A stretch of DNA of 63,273 nucleotides, the filler included, from Choristocarpus tenellus KU-1152 (Eukaryota > Protista > Phaeophyceae), in assembly GCA_964200185.2 (NCBI GenBank). It is 10 parts of 10 records of this genome, joined end to end, with 100 filler letters (N's around TTAATTAATTAA, not from the genome) between each part and the next. Parts side by side here need not be neighbours in the genome. Positions count along the whole stretch, not along the records: positions 25,997 to 29,562 come from CAXNAD020019223.1; positions 29,663 to 42,411 come from CAXNAD020001717.1; 8 more parts are not named here. The stretch is one strand, 5' to 3'. How positions within the stretch are numbered: the first letter of the stretch is position 1; each line of letters opens with the position of its first letter. Shown here piece by piece: positions 25,997 to 38,053 of this stretch. The translations under genes were made by a program, and so were the position numbers. A model generated the notes under the pieces. The model made no database searches. It was not told the origin of the DNA and worked only from the letters and a program-made list of their open reading frames with translations.

Positions 25997-26235
25997 GGGT
26001 ACGAGTTTTGCCCTGTTTGTCCATCTGGGGCTTGGCTTCCCATGGGTTCTTTTATGACATTTTTCGTACTCAAATGTGTGTAGGACCAGGTAAAGTGCAT
26101 ATGTTATGAAAAGGTGTCAGGAACATGGATTTGACACTTGCTAACAAACACGATAGTTAAAATTATATCAAAATCGCAACATTGGATTTTGGCCCCCAAA
26201 TGGACGAGGCTCTACCCTCTAAGATACTTTGGCTC
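25997..26235 (-). mobile_element. MITE family A copy truncated by contig start, followed by a degenerate family B right end (26236-26282)
   Basis: Family A interior and TIR TACCCTCTAAGATACTTTGGCTC; then AACGGACACC..CCCCCCACGATACTTGGACC. Confidence 0.9.
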
Positions 26236-26624
26236 AACGGACACCTCCTCACAAACCACCACCCCCCACGATACTTGGACCCAGCCATTGTCCTTGTATG
26301 AAGTATTTGGGGCTAAAATGCATTTAGGATCTACGCTTGGCGCTTGAGTGGGCGTAGACAACGTTTTTATGGCTCAGGAAAGTTGTCGTTGGGTTCAAAG
26401 CCTGGAGTCTGGGTGGTTGCCGCCGCTTGGTTTGTGTGTAGAAGAGATGGTGGTGTGGAGTACGATATGCTTGTGCGTGAAGCTATTTGTGGTAAGGTTT
26501 CTGTCAATTGCTCTGTGGTCCGATCAGCGCAAAGGGGGGAGGAAAAAGGATTGGGGCATGGCAGAAAACGCATTAGAGGATGGTGGCAGAACGCACTAAT
26601 AGAGACGAAATTTAGGTTGCCACC

Positions 26625-26841
26625 GAAGTGAAAGTATCTTAGAGGGTACGACTTTTGCCCTGTTTGTCTATTTGGGGCTTGGCTTCCCATGTTTTTTTAA
26701 TGACATTTTCCTACTCCAAAATGTTTCGGAGTAGGTAAATTGTATACGTTATGAGAAGATGTGTCCAGAGCATGGATATTGACACTTCTTAACAAACACG
26801 AGGGAAAAAATATCATCATAATCGCAACATTGGATTTTGGA
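26625..26841 (-). mobile_element. MITE family A copy lacking one terminus
   Basis: AGTGAAAGTATCTTAGAGGGTACG..; similarity stops after GCAACATTGGATTTTGG. Confidence 0.88.
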
Positions 26842-26849
26842 TAATAAAT

Positions 26850-27993
26850 TCAATATATCAAATGCGTAAGTCCGTTGATTTAGAGAACGTCCGATCTCTC
26901 CATCATAACATGTCTGTCGAGGCATGTGTCGGACTGGCGAGGTAGAGGGTGACTCACAAACAGAAATTAGCCTATGTTACTCCTCAAAGCTGTGTCTGTC
27001 GTCAGTATGGTGGCAGTGTAGGACTTGTCCAGAACCAGGCCCGTGTAAGAGGGTCTTAGTCAATGCAGTAGTATTGGACAGGAGCTGCATATTTCGCAAG
27101 TTGCTATTCTCCCATTTGACCTCTTAGGGGTAGCTGACTCGCTTTTTTCTAAATTTCAGTGTAGTGGGGCTGGTACTTGGTCACGGTCCCTCGCATCCGC
27201 TGATCGTCCCATGTGAAGTATAGCTCCCTGCCCTTGGCTCTGGCATTGAGCGCGACTCCCTCATCTAAATCCGGCACATAAAACTCGCTGTCTATTCAAG
27301 GAGTATATATTTCTATATACTCTTGTCCATATCCCTATGCTTCCGCTGGTGGTTGAGAATCGACCGACTGCGTTGTCTGACACACAGGGCTGCAGCCTCG
27401 TCACTGTCCCTCTTGTTCTTGTCTCGAAGTTGGTTGACACCCTCCTCGATCTCGTCCTCTGTCATGTACGGCCCCAGTTGAGGGGGTAAAGATTTTTCGC
27501 CGTCATCCGGGAGGTATGACACTGAGTAAATGTACGCCCCTGAACCATCTACGTGAACATCACTGACCTTCCCCTGTACGATGCCCCCCTCGCTTGCACG
27601 TAGGATGAAGCTGGTTCCTCGACCAAACCTGGGGTCGGACGTGTCCCCCAGTCTGCATTGCTTAGAGAAGCGAGCAGGTATCCCACAGAGAGATTGCCGG
27701 TTGGATTCTGAGGTGAACCTCTGGTATTGACCAGGCAGGATCGTGAATGCGTTGTCCAGGTGGTTGTGGTCGATATCTGTGACGTCTAGGATGATGATAG
27801 CCTGAAGGGGCACGACCCGGGGGCCCGGTCGTTCGTCCTGCATCACCACAAACATGTTCGTTGCGGGGGCTGTGTTGGTGTGTAGGGCTATTGGAATATG
27901 TTTGCGCGTGATGGCCTGGTTTGGCTGTATAGAGGGTGTTGTTTGTTGATTTTTTTGAGAAACGGATAGTTTTATGTATGATAGAGGATACAC
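26850..27993 (-). pseudogene. Intronless GC-richer ORF of unknown function (27313-27993) with frameshifted continuation to ~26850
   Basis: 226-codon ORF; coding-like sequence continues in another frame (SEFYVPDLDEGVALNARAKGRELYFTWDDQRMRGTVTKY). Confidence 0.5.
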
Positions 27994-28124
27994 TTAGGCA
28001 ACGAAACGAACTTATGGGACGCGCTTATTCGCCCTACGTAAGTTGTGAAATATTATGTGAAAGGTGTCAGTGGCGGTTGCAGATTAGGAGAACAAAATGA
28101 CACTGGTTTGGATGTCAGCAATGA

Positions 28125-28955
28125 AGCTGGCACTCAGCACCTCGAAGTCTTCAGTGACAAAGACGATCCCATCTCCAGCACTGAACATCCCTCCGTAGCT
28201 GGAGTGGTGTCCGGCGTTCCATTGAATGGTGTCCTTGCGGTGGACAGTGAACGGCAAGAACTCTATACCATTGTACTCCGATGGCTGCGTCCGCACAATG
28301 CATATGTTCCCCTCGGCGAGCTGTCTCTTCTTCCTGGACAGCTGACTTCTCAGATACATATCACCCGTTCTCGCTTCCGTGGAAAATCCGAGGTGTATCT
28401 CCTCAAGTGGGGGCACGTGGGTTAGTGGCCACCTGCATTGGGCGAGGTTGCTGATGGAGCAATTCGTGCAGTAGCACTACAGTTCGGTGTATATCAATGT
28501 ACGGGAGTCTTCGGTGGTGAGTCGACCAGTGAAGAACCTGTACATGGACTTGATTCCACAGAGGTTTGGGACACGTGGGTCGTGTCGTCCAGCACGGTCG
28601 ATCTTGTAAAACGGAAGGTGGACTATCTCCCGTGAGCGGAACATGTCGATGTATAGAAGTTTCGTACACGTGTTACTGTGCTGTCTCCCGTCCCTGTTCG
28701 TCCAATCCTAAGGGTTGTGGTGATTGTGCGTATAAGGGAAGGGGTGGTACGCGTTGGAGTCAGTGTCGGCACTGAGGCAGTGTGCTGCGACTGATTCGAT
28801 TTGAAGGTGTTCGTTTATCAGTAGTTGTGCTACCTATTGCTGTAACGAGTGTTTGGTAATGATGGATGGCAGTGTGTGATGAAACCCAAAAGTTGTAGTT
28901 TTGTGTTAGTTTGCCGATTGGTAGATCCGCTAAAGAAATTGGTGTTCCCAAGACT
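28125..28955 (+). repeat. Dispersed duplicated segment (copy 2) with decayed ORF; empty site for the MITE at 752
   Basis: Colinear with 369-1650; reads ATATCAATGTACGGGAG uninterrupted. Confidence 0.9.
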
Positions 28956-28961
28956 TGTGTA

Positions 28962-29562
28962 TGTAATTAAATCGATTAATTCCTCATTATGTAGAACAGA
29001 TTGTACATGAAGTAAGGAAGATGTAAGAAAGGAGAGTGAGCTTCAAACCTCAAAGGGGGTCATCACCTTATGATTCACATATTCTAGTATCACGTCACTC
29101 AATCCATGATTACTTGCTATGTTACTTGCTACAACATTCCTTTTCTAGGATCCTTCTTGTTGCACTATAATAACCGGGACAATGTTTCCGTTGTCACCTG
29201 ACAAAAACATTACAATCAATTATCCCATTATCCAACAATAGTTCAACAACTCAATGTTTCTCCCACATAATCATATTTTATACATGAATAAAAAGCATAT
29301 TCTTAACACACTCCCCTGCTTTGAACACCAAGTGAAAAACAGTACAACAAACGTTCTTGAACATATCCTCAACAAAAAATCACTACAAGTTCGTTCTACA
29401 CATTATAACACTGGAGTGCCTATTGAAAGACTCCTTAGACAAACCCTTGGTAAAAAGATCAGCATGTTGAAACTCCGTTGGCAAATACCCAATTGCTATC
29501 TTGCCCTCCCTCTCCAACTACGTACATAGTGATACCTAATATCAATGTGCTTGGTTCTACCC
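28962..29562 (-). mobile_element. Ty1/copia 3' end: RNase H tail, polypurine tract and 3' LTR (28962-29308)
   Basis: Minus strand RTKHIDIRYHYVR ... QHADLFTKGLSKESF; PPT AAGCAGGGGAG; LTR TGTTAAG...TTACA. Confidence 0.85.
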
Positions 29563-29662
29563 NNNNNNNNNNNNNNNNNNNNNNNNNNNNNNNNNNNNNN
29601 NNNNNNTTAATTAATTAANNNNNNNNNNNNNNNNNNNNNNNNNNNNNNNNNNNNNNNNNNNN
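29563..29662. other. Artificial contig-joining spacer
   Basis: N-TTAATTAATTAA-N, 100 bp. Confidence 0.98.
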
Positions 29663-30525
29663 GCTGGCCTTCGAAGCCTCGTAATATCTCTTATCACCGC
29701 CTCTCCTGTCTCCTCCTCGTAGCCATGTAGGGGCGGGTCCCTCTCCCTGCTACCATCACCGTGTGCCTCTACCACCTCTCTGGTCCCATCCCCCTGCGTG
29801 CTCGTTCGGTTTTCCGTCCGGGCTTTTCCATCCTGCAGAGACGAAACGTGTCTACCTATTCCCGAAAAGGAGTGATGTCCTCTGCTTATGTTCCCCCCTT
29901 GCCTGAGTCTATCTCGTGGGCCGCCATTCGCATCCTCAATCACCTCTACCTCGTCCCCATGCGGGTCCATTCTGTTCTCTGTCCATCCTTTATCTGTTCT
30001 GCGAAATCGAAACCTGTGCGTCTATTCCCGGTGCTGGATTAAACCCTCCACTTATATTTTTTCCTTGCCCCTGCCTGTCTCGTGTACCGTCGTTGCCTTC
30101 CTCCATCACCTCCACAACTCCATCCCTTCCTCCATATTAGATTGATATTCCACAATTGTGCCAGAACACGTGGACGAAAAAATAAACCAGAACCACAATC
30201 ATGACCTTCCAGGCGTAATCTATATTCTATGTTCATAGGTGAACAAGGTCCATAGCCAAACTTGTGTCCCACATTGTCCTCAATAATAAAAGGACCTATG
30301 GTTACCGAGGATTCTAAATAATCAAGATCCGGTAGGGGAAAGTACTGCCAAGAAAAAAAAACATTGAGTTTCATAAAATCAGGTTCAGGTGGTTGTGTGT
30401 TCGAATTGTAAGGTTTCAAATGGGCTAAGTGAACAGAAATATCTTTTATGTCACCTTTTTTGCGAACACAGTAAACTACAGGGGAAATCTGGGCAGTCAC
30501 TGTGAAAGGTCCATGTCAGGGGTGA

Positions 30526-30773
30526 ATATCTTAGAGGGTAGCGCCGCATCCATTTGGAGGTAAAAATCCAATGTTGCGATTTTGATGTAATTTTGGCTAT
30601 CATGTTTGTAAGGAAGTGTCAATATCCATGTTTCGGACATACCTCTTCATAACATATACATTTTACCTACTCCTAAACATTTTGGAGTAGGAAAATGTAA
30701 AAACCAAACATGGAAAGCCAAGCCCCAAATGGACGTACAAAGCAGAATTCGTACCCTCTAAGATACTTCACTC
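30526..30773 (+). mobile_element. MITE family A copy inside gypsy integrase, left tip eroded
   Basis: Family A interior and right TIR. Confidence 0.9.
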
Positions 30774-32923
30774 ATTTTGGGTTAAATTCGTCACGGTCAG
30801 TATGTGGACGATGCACCAAAACTTCAGCTCTAACTTGAAACACAGCAAAAACAAGAGCTTCATTGCTAGCCATTCTCTCAGCGTTCCATTCTCCCAGATT
30901 CCGACGGGCTAATTCAAAATCTAACTGTAAATTCTCAGCTGTTGATTGAGTAAAAACTCTTGACTAGATTGGGATACTGTTGACTTGGATGGGCCAAAAA
31001 AAAAAATGACATCCACCAGCAATGTTGAACGGCTTCAAAAAACAGAAAGAAAATATTGTTATGTGGTGTTGTACACCACATTTTGAACAATTTAAAAGAA
31101 TGTAACAACAGTATCCCAATCGTTCTCTGTGATGTTACTGTACATGAATAACACCTAATACAGAGTGGAATTGACACGCTTTAAAACAAAGTTGCTCCGT
31201 GATGGACTGGGCGTGGTACTAGTTTTATGACACCTAATCATTGTAATTCCAGAACAAGTATGTTTTCAAATTCTGAACTGAGGTCAGAGCGAAGAATTTC
31301 AGGTGAACCTAATATTGAAAATATTATTTCAAACAAGTTTTGGCAATGATCACTTTTGTTTTTCTGGAGTGGGAATGAGAAAAATCTAAGCGTGTCAATT
31401 GGCAGATAGCAGAAAGAACATATCAGCATCCCTGGAAAGTGGTCTTATACTGCACAAAATTGAGAGTAACCCATCCAAATAAATCAAGTTGTGGGTATTG
31501 TCCTTGAGACAGGGTAGGACGTCCGTGAGAAGTTTTCATTGTTAGCACAGTTAAGACACCTCTTACACCAATCTCTGATATCTTTATGAAACATAGACTA
31601 TCAGTATCAGTATCATACCTTGTCCAGTGTGTGGGAAAAGACCTAAGTGACCTCTCGAAACAAGTGATCATGATGACAGGTATGCAAGACCAGGGATTTG
31701 TCATTCTTTTGGAACCACTATTTTACCACGAAAAGCAGAGTTTGCCTATATGTGGCCTGGGAAATATGATCAGCTAAGTAAGTTTCAGCATCAACACAAA
31801 AAAATATGATCCTCTCTATGGGACCTCCTGTGGACGTGAAGGTGATGAGTTAGGGGCCTCAAAATACGGGAAAATAAGGCAAAATTGATTCATTTATCTT
31901 GAACAAATTTTGGTGTGGTTCAAAGTCGGAAAGGTATTAACTGAAGTACTGAAAAGTTCACGGTCACTCTGAATTACATTCAATTCATGAAGGTGATCTG
32001 GATATATTTTTCGTATGCTTGACGCGGGGTTACAGTACTTGACATTGTCTTTTCTGGAATATTCCTGCAAATCGAAGCAAGTACTTTCGGATGATCTCAT
32101 TATCCAAAGGGCTAGAAAGGGCATCACGTTTAACATTGTCTCTGCCTGGTTTGTGATGAACTGTAAAATCAAAGCATTGGAGAACAACAGCCCAATGTGT
32201 CAACATATTATCTGCATCTTGTATGTAATACAGATATCAGAGTGCCACATGGTCAGAGAAAATACCAAAATGTTAACTCCAAAGATATGGACGGGAGTGG
32301 TTAATAGCATGGACTACTGCTAAAAATATTTTTGTGATTGAGTAGTTTCGTTGTTCTCCAACAAATTTCTTACTGAAATAAGCCACAATATGAAGTAATG
32401 TGTCCATCGGATCATGTGACCCTTTTTTTTTAGCAACAAAACCTCCGCTGTCTACGTTTGAAGCATCCATGTGTACCACACAAGAGTTTAAAGAGAATTT
32501 GGATAATGAAATAGAGGAGCCGAGGTTAATGCCGTTTTTGCAGATGCGGTATCGTGAACTGATGCCCATGCTTTTCCTAGCTCACCAAAAGGACGTGCTA
32601 AGAATTCATTGTGTGTGAAGTTTAGGAGGGGTTATGTCAAGTCTGTATTATGTGGGATGAACGTTCAACAAAAATTGCACCATATTGAAAAGATTGGTTC
32701 AATATGGTGCCCTATCATTAGGTCTGGTACCTGGCTCGAGAGGAAAGTCAGCTTCAGCAATGGTGCAAGTTCCCAATTCAGAGGTGTCGAGGGAAAATAC
32801 TGAAAGGAATTTGGCGCAAAGATTCAATGTTTCTTGTATTTGAGGTGACGAGAAAGTAGTGTTGACGAAAAAAGGTTTCAACGCATTATCAAGACACATT
32901 CGATCAGACCCAGGTAGAGATGT

Positions 32924-33182
32924 GAGTCAAAGTATCTTAGAGGGCAGAGCCGCATCCATTTGGGGGCCAAAATCCAATATTCCGATTTGATGTAATTTTG
33001 GCAATCATGTTTGTTAGGAAGTGTCAATATCCTTGTTGTGAACACACCTTTTCATAATGTATACATTTTACATACTTCGAAAGATTTTCGAGTAGGAAAG
33101 TGTCATAAAAGCTCCCTGAGGGAAGCCAAGCCCCAAATGGATAAACAGGGCAAAATTCATACCCTCTAAGATACTTTCACTC
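32924..33182 (+). mobile_element. MITE family A copy inside gypsy pol; TSD ATGT
   Basis: Complete TIRs; ATGT at 32920-32923 and 33183-33186. Confidence 0.95.
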
Positions 33183-35569
33183 ATGTTGAAGATACAGTAC
33201 TAATGTGAGAGTGTCTGGTGTTGATTATATCTGTTGGGTAGAATTGACCAAGTAGAGTATTATTTGGTAAATGAACTGTTCATACAAACATATTAGTAAA
33301 TTGTACTACCTCTGAACCCTAACCCTAACCCCACGTTGTAACTGTTCGAGCAATATCAATAAATTGCCAAGGATCATTGGCAGTTAGTGAATCAATATAA
33401 TGAAATGAACGTTCTAAAACAGCATCACAAGTATCAGAAGTGTTTTCATCACTTACAGCAGGTACAAGCATTTCTGATTCTGAGAGAAATTTTCCTCAGG
33501 AGAAACGGGACAGATGGAACTTTCACTTGTATAGATGCTATTTGAAAAGGAGGTGAACTATCAGAAGAAAGGGTAGTATGATGTATGGCAGGTATAACAG
33601 TGATACTTTTTTTTGTAATGCGAATATTTCAATCTGCCAGTTACATGTTGCTCCAAAAAGCATCAAGGACTCCGTTATCAAGAAGAACATCATCAGGGTA
33701 CTAAGGTGGGCAACATGAAAGCTTCAACTGACATAGTAATATCACCTAAGTGGAGAGAAAGTCCGATAAACCCGATGATTGTTAGAGCACTGCCATCTGC
33801 AGAACAAAGGTTGATTGCACCTGGTGGATTCGGTTCAATATGGCAATTCTGGAGAGTAGAGTGGGTATATAAGAATTGTGAGGAATACATGGTATATCAC
33901 TTGCAGGGTCCAAAGTTAGCATGTTTAGCGGAGAATTATTTTTTCTTTTAATATGAACATTTGCAGCTTGAAGAGCAGCAATCCTTGCCGAGGGAAGCAC
34001 AGACTGTGAAGAGTGACCGGCGGAAATAGCAGATACAGCAGTCGGATCAGTCGGCGGAATCGAAGGGACAGGGGTAATCGCGTGGGCTTGTCGTTTTCCC
34101 GTTAGATTGTTGGCGTCATGATGTTTCGCACGATTGATAGCTTCAGATAATGTAGAAGCAAAATCTTCATTGAACTGTTTTAGCTGCAGAACATACAAAA
34201 AACATATCTACACTTTATCCCAGTGAATTTTGGGTCAAGTCCATCCTCAATGAAAAGCTCCATCCTCAATTTTTGAAATCGGCTGTTAGATGGGGTTGTA
34301 GTCCATCTTCAAAGAGGGCATTAGCAATTTGATTGATATATGTATGGTGGCTAGAATACATAATTAATCCCATGTTTTAGGAGCAACAATGGGAATAGGA
34401 TCCGTGGAATTATTCTGCATTTGAATAGCACGCAATTGAGCAGGGGAACGCCACACAACTTTGCCTTCCACATTCTGAAAATATACAACATACTGGCATT
34501 TGAATCCAAAATCAGAGGCAAATTAGTTATACAAGGCTGATCAATGGTCGATGGATCACGATGTGAATCGTGAAGGTGAAGTGTGACATGCATACGGAAA
34601 GCTGTCAGAAGAGTCGGTACATCAGTTGTAGTAGAGGGAAGACGCAAATCTTTATGAAAGTTCACTAATGTCATTTTCGGGAAAGCAGTAGTGGGGGTAA
34701 TCGGTGTGGATTGCATTACATTCTTCATGTCCCTTGTTTCTGTCAAGTTCTGAATAAGGTTCATATTCGGAGATCGTACTTCCTCGACTGCTGTCCTTAG
34801 CTCGGCATTGATCAAGTTTACGCACAATTCCCTTGTTGACAACGTCACCGGTGGCATGGACGACGGTGCTGGTGGTGTTATTAGAGACCTTGAGGAAGAT
34901 ACGTGTGCACTCTGGGCAACAGGAGGAGTTAGCGCTAAGGGATTTTGATATCAATTGTTGAACCCACTGGTCAACTGCTCGGAAATCTGCGCCCGCAAAA
35001 TATCCCAGATGATTTGTGAACAAGAATTTTCCTTCCATCTTCTAAAATAACCTCATCAAATGATGATAAAGGATCTTCAGCATGGAAAGGTGGGAATAGA
35101 TGTTCGTCTGGTTCATTCTCTTTGTATTCCTCCGCCATGAAGTTCTGAAAACGATTGGTGGTTGTTTGGAATGTGTTCTATCTTCTCCTTGATCGAACTC
35201 TATGCCAATCCAAATGATGTGGCAAATGTGGTGCTCAAAGTATGGGCAATATACTCAAATTTCAATAATGTAAAAGTACTCTCCCACTTCAGAGCTATAG
35301 CCGTCGTCGCGACCATGAAACAGATGGAAACAAGCCGACAGGTTCTTGGTAATGAAGGGGAGGGGGAAGACCCACAGCACGAGGCAAGGAGAACGAGAAG
35401 ACATGTAAGTCAAGAGGGAGAACAATCCCTCAGAAGATCACTCGGGAAAGGAGTGAACAAAGGTCCCCTAACGGTTCATACTTCAAGCAGATGTTACCTT
35501 CAACATGCAAGAACAGGCGCCATATAAATTCAGGTTCTTCAAGATAGGTTATGTATAGGGTATACCTTC

Positions 35570-36800
35570 TTTGGAAGATGGCTTTCACATGTGTCTCATT
35601 TTACACATACATGACACAGTGACACATCTGCAAAATGTCAGAGGGCATAATAAATAATAAAATGTGTGTACCGAAAAACCAATTCAGTGTTAAGATCTAA
35701 TGGTACAAAATTATATTATTGTGCCCACTGACATTGATTTCTCTCATACCCATACTGTACCGCCGAATTTGAAAGAGTAAAAAACACGAAAAACTAGTGT
35801 CGTAATAACCACTTTTTCATCCGTCAAACTGATGAGGAGGTGCCTACCTTTGTCTTCCTTCTTGTGTCTCTGTCCACAGCTTTGATCGTAACAGAAGCTC
35901 TGTGAGATGGTGAAGGTTGACATCGCCTTAGCATGTGTGGATCTCCTTATTGTTCTTCGTTTCCTTATTCTAGCTGATGCGACATGGACCTTGATATGCT
36001 GGCACAAAGGAGTCGTTGACCGAGTGAACAACTATTTGGGCTCTACATCGTCAAATAAAATGGGAGAGAGCGCCAGGAAACAGATGGGCGGTGCCCCGGT
36101 GGCTGATGAAAGGAGTGGATCAGCAAATTTCAGGTGTTGTGTTTTGACAAAGGTTGTGCTTGATGATGCCTCCGTGTGAACCTTTCGACCTTTGTCTCAA
36201 CTATGACAACCCATCATGAAAAAAATGACCACATGAGGCTTCCCAATGGATTTTCAGGATGCTCCACCTTCTCCTGTTCGGCATAAATTTCATGAATGGG
36301 CTTCAGTCGGCAGTGAACCTTTGCATTTTCTTTGGAGGAAGATGGGAGGTGTCCTGCGAGGTCCCACTTGCCGCCATGGAATTGCTTTCCGAGCTTGGTA
36401 TCTTCTTCCTGATTCTATTTCTGGTGGCGAAACTGAAGGTTGCGAACAGCCACCGGCTTGCAATGATATCACATTTTGAGCAAGCTGTCATATTCGTGAA
36501 CAAAGTATTGGCACTTATCCTCTACCCTGGCCTGGCCATGTTCTTCGGCTTCGAATTGTGGGTTGCCATGAACAAAGAGGTATGTGAGAAACGCCTCGAT
36601 CTGCTGTCCCTGTCGATTGACTATTCCCTTCTTATGCTCAATCTGTGATACTAACCCCCGGTAATTGCCGCGCGAGGATTTCTTGCCAATTGCTAGGCGA
36701 CTGAAAAGGTAACCAGGAGGGATCAGGTGGGGATTTTTTTGGAAGAGATAGAGTTGCAGGCTTGGATTAGTTGGGTGTGCAATTTTGTACATGCAGGGAC
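35570..36800 (-). pseudogene. Decayed Ty1/copia RT-RNase H remnant
   Basis: Minus-strand TYLFVHG (cf. YLLVHVDD), AASGTSQDTSH (cf. ASGTRPDISY), DKGRHLLI..EKVVI (cf. DVRHHFIR..EKVV); 3' segment GCAAAATGTCAGAGGGCATAATAAA shared with ~43897. Confidence 0.6.
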
Positions 36801-38053
36801 CGTATTGGTGATGCTAGCACCACTTACAGGATTGAGTTATCTGTCTGCCATAAAACATGTGGTAGGAGCGATGGTATGTGTTCCTCCTCTACATTGTATC
36901 TTCTCTTTTGAGGTCCTCTCCTTACGATCATCACTGAAAGGTGAACCTTGCAAATCCTATCAACGATCAAGCCATATTCAACCCACAATCATCACATTCA
37001 GTTGTACTCTTGATAGTTGTTAAAGTCAACTGAACTCCTGCAGAGGCACCCCTAGTACAAGTACAACTCTGAAACACCAATGCCTATGTTCCCCAAACTG
37101 CCATCAATACTCGAAAGGTAACCCACCCTCCTTGTTCCCAAAACTGGACAAAATATGTCATCCCAAACATGATGCGAAATATGCATCAATGTTTGCTTAC
37201 CTTTCTATACTTTTTTTATTCACTGTGTATGATGTTGGACTATGGGTGATTTATTTCACTGGACTGGAGACAAGGTCAACAAGTCAATTATTGCACAGGT
37301 TCCTTCCTGCCTTTGCCTACAATTTTTCCATTCCGTTAGGACAGCTCAGAATCAATTCTTCTGCTCGAGTTTTATTTTCCAAAAGTGCTATAACTCCATC
37401 CCTGAATACCCCCTATACAAGCAGAGTCCACAGCTATCATGCTGTTGAAATGTACTTGATTGTGTGCTGCTGAAGCAAGTCACAGTACAATCTTTATACC
37501 TCATCCCCCATTTTGTCTCTGGGCCTTGTCTTGGTGAGCAGGGGTCATGCACCGAGGAGAGGGAGGATGTTAGTTCGCTGAGGGAGCATCACATAATTGT
37601 TGCTGCTGCAATTTCTGGTCTGGTGGTGCAGACTGTTCAGGTATAGGTACTTGGGAACACGATCAATCCTATGTAGAAGGAGTGACTTCTCTTGCCATTG
37701 CTTTGCTCTACACCTCCTTTCTTTTTTGAAACTGGGGGGTATATGTTGGTTATATGTTGGTTCTTGTGATCCCCTCCGATGATTTTCCTCCCTGCAGTGC
37801 AGGAGTAGTGTAGTAGATTATCAGCTACTATTTTTTCTTGAAAGCATTCACTTCCAGCTGCTTGTTTTCATTACAGTACATACTATAAATTTGATGAGTT
37901 TTTCAATGCTGATTTCTTTGAACCAACTTTCCGTTGGTTCTTTTTTATGAAGTACGTGACCTAATATACACCTTAGATGTGTGTAAGCCTCTTGCTGAGC
38001 TCTTTTGATGAGGTTTAGTCCAAGGTTTTAAGTACAATCTGTCGTTTTTTGGC

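Larger units (their letters stand above)
29663..35530 (-). mobile_element. Decayed Ty3/gypsy LTR retrotransposon (gag-PR-RT-RH-IN-chromodomain-like)
   Basis: Protease region SADGSALTIIGFIGLSLHLG; RT start ELGTCTIAEADFPLEPGTRP..RAPY; RNase H HMDAS..VAYFSKKF..QRNYS; integrase fragments; chromo-like IEDNVGHK..EYRLRLEG; PPT at ~30118-30133 before TGT LTR start at 30116; candidate PBS TGGTCGCGACGACGG after CA at 35315. Confidence 0.9.

Noticed and set aside
26138-26690. Recurrent short ORFs such as WTRLYPLRYFGS and GSQAPNGQ
   Set aside because: Translations of non-coding MITE A/B sequence, not a protein family
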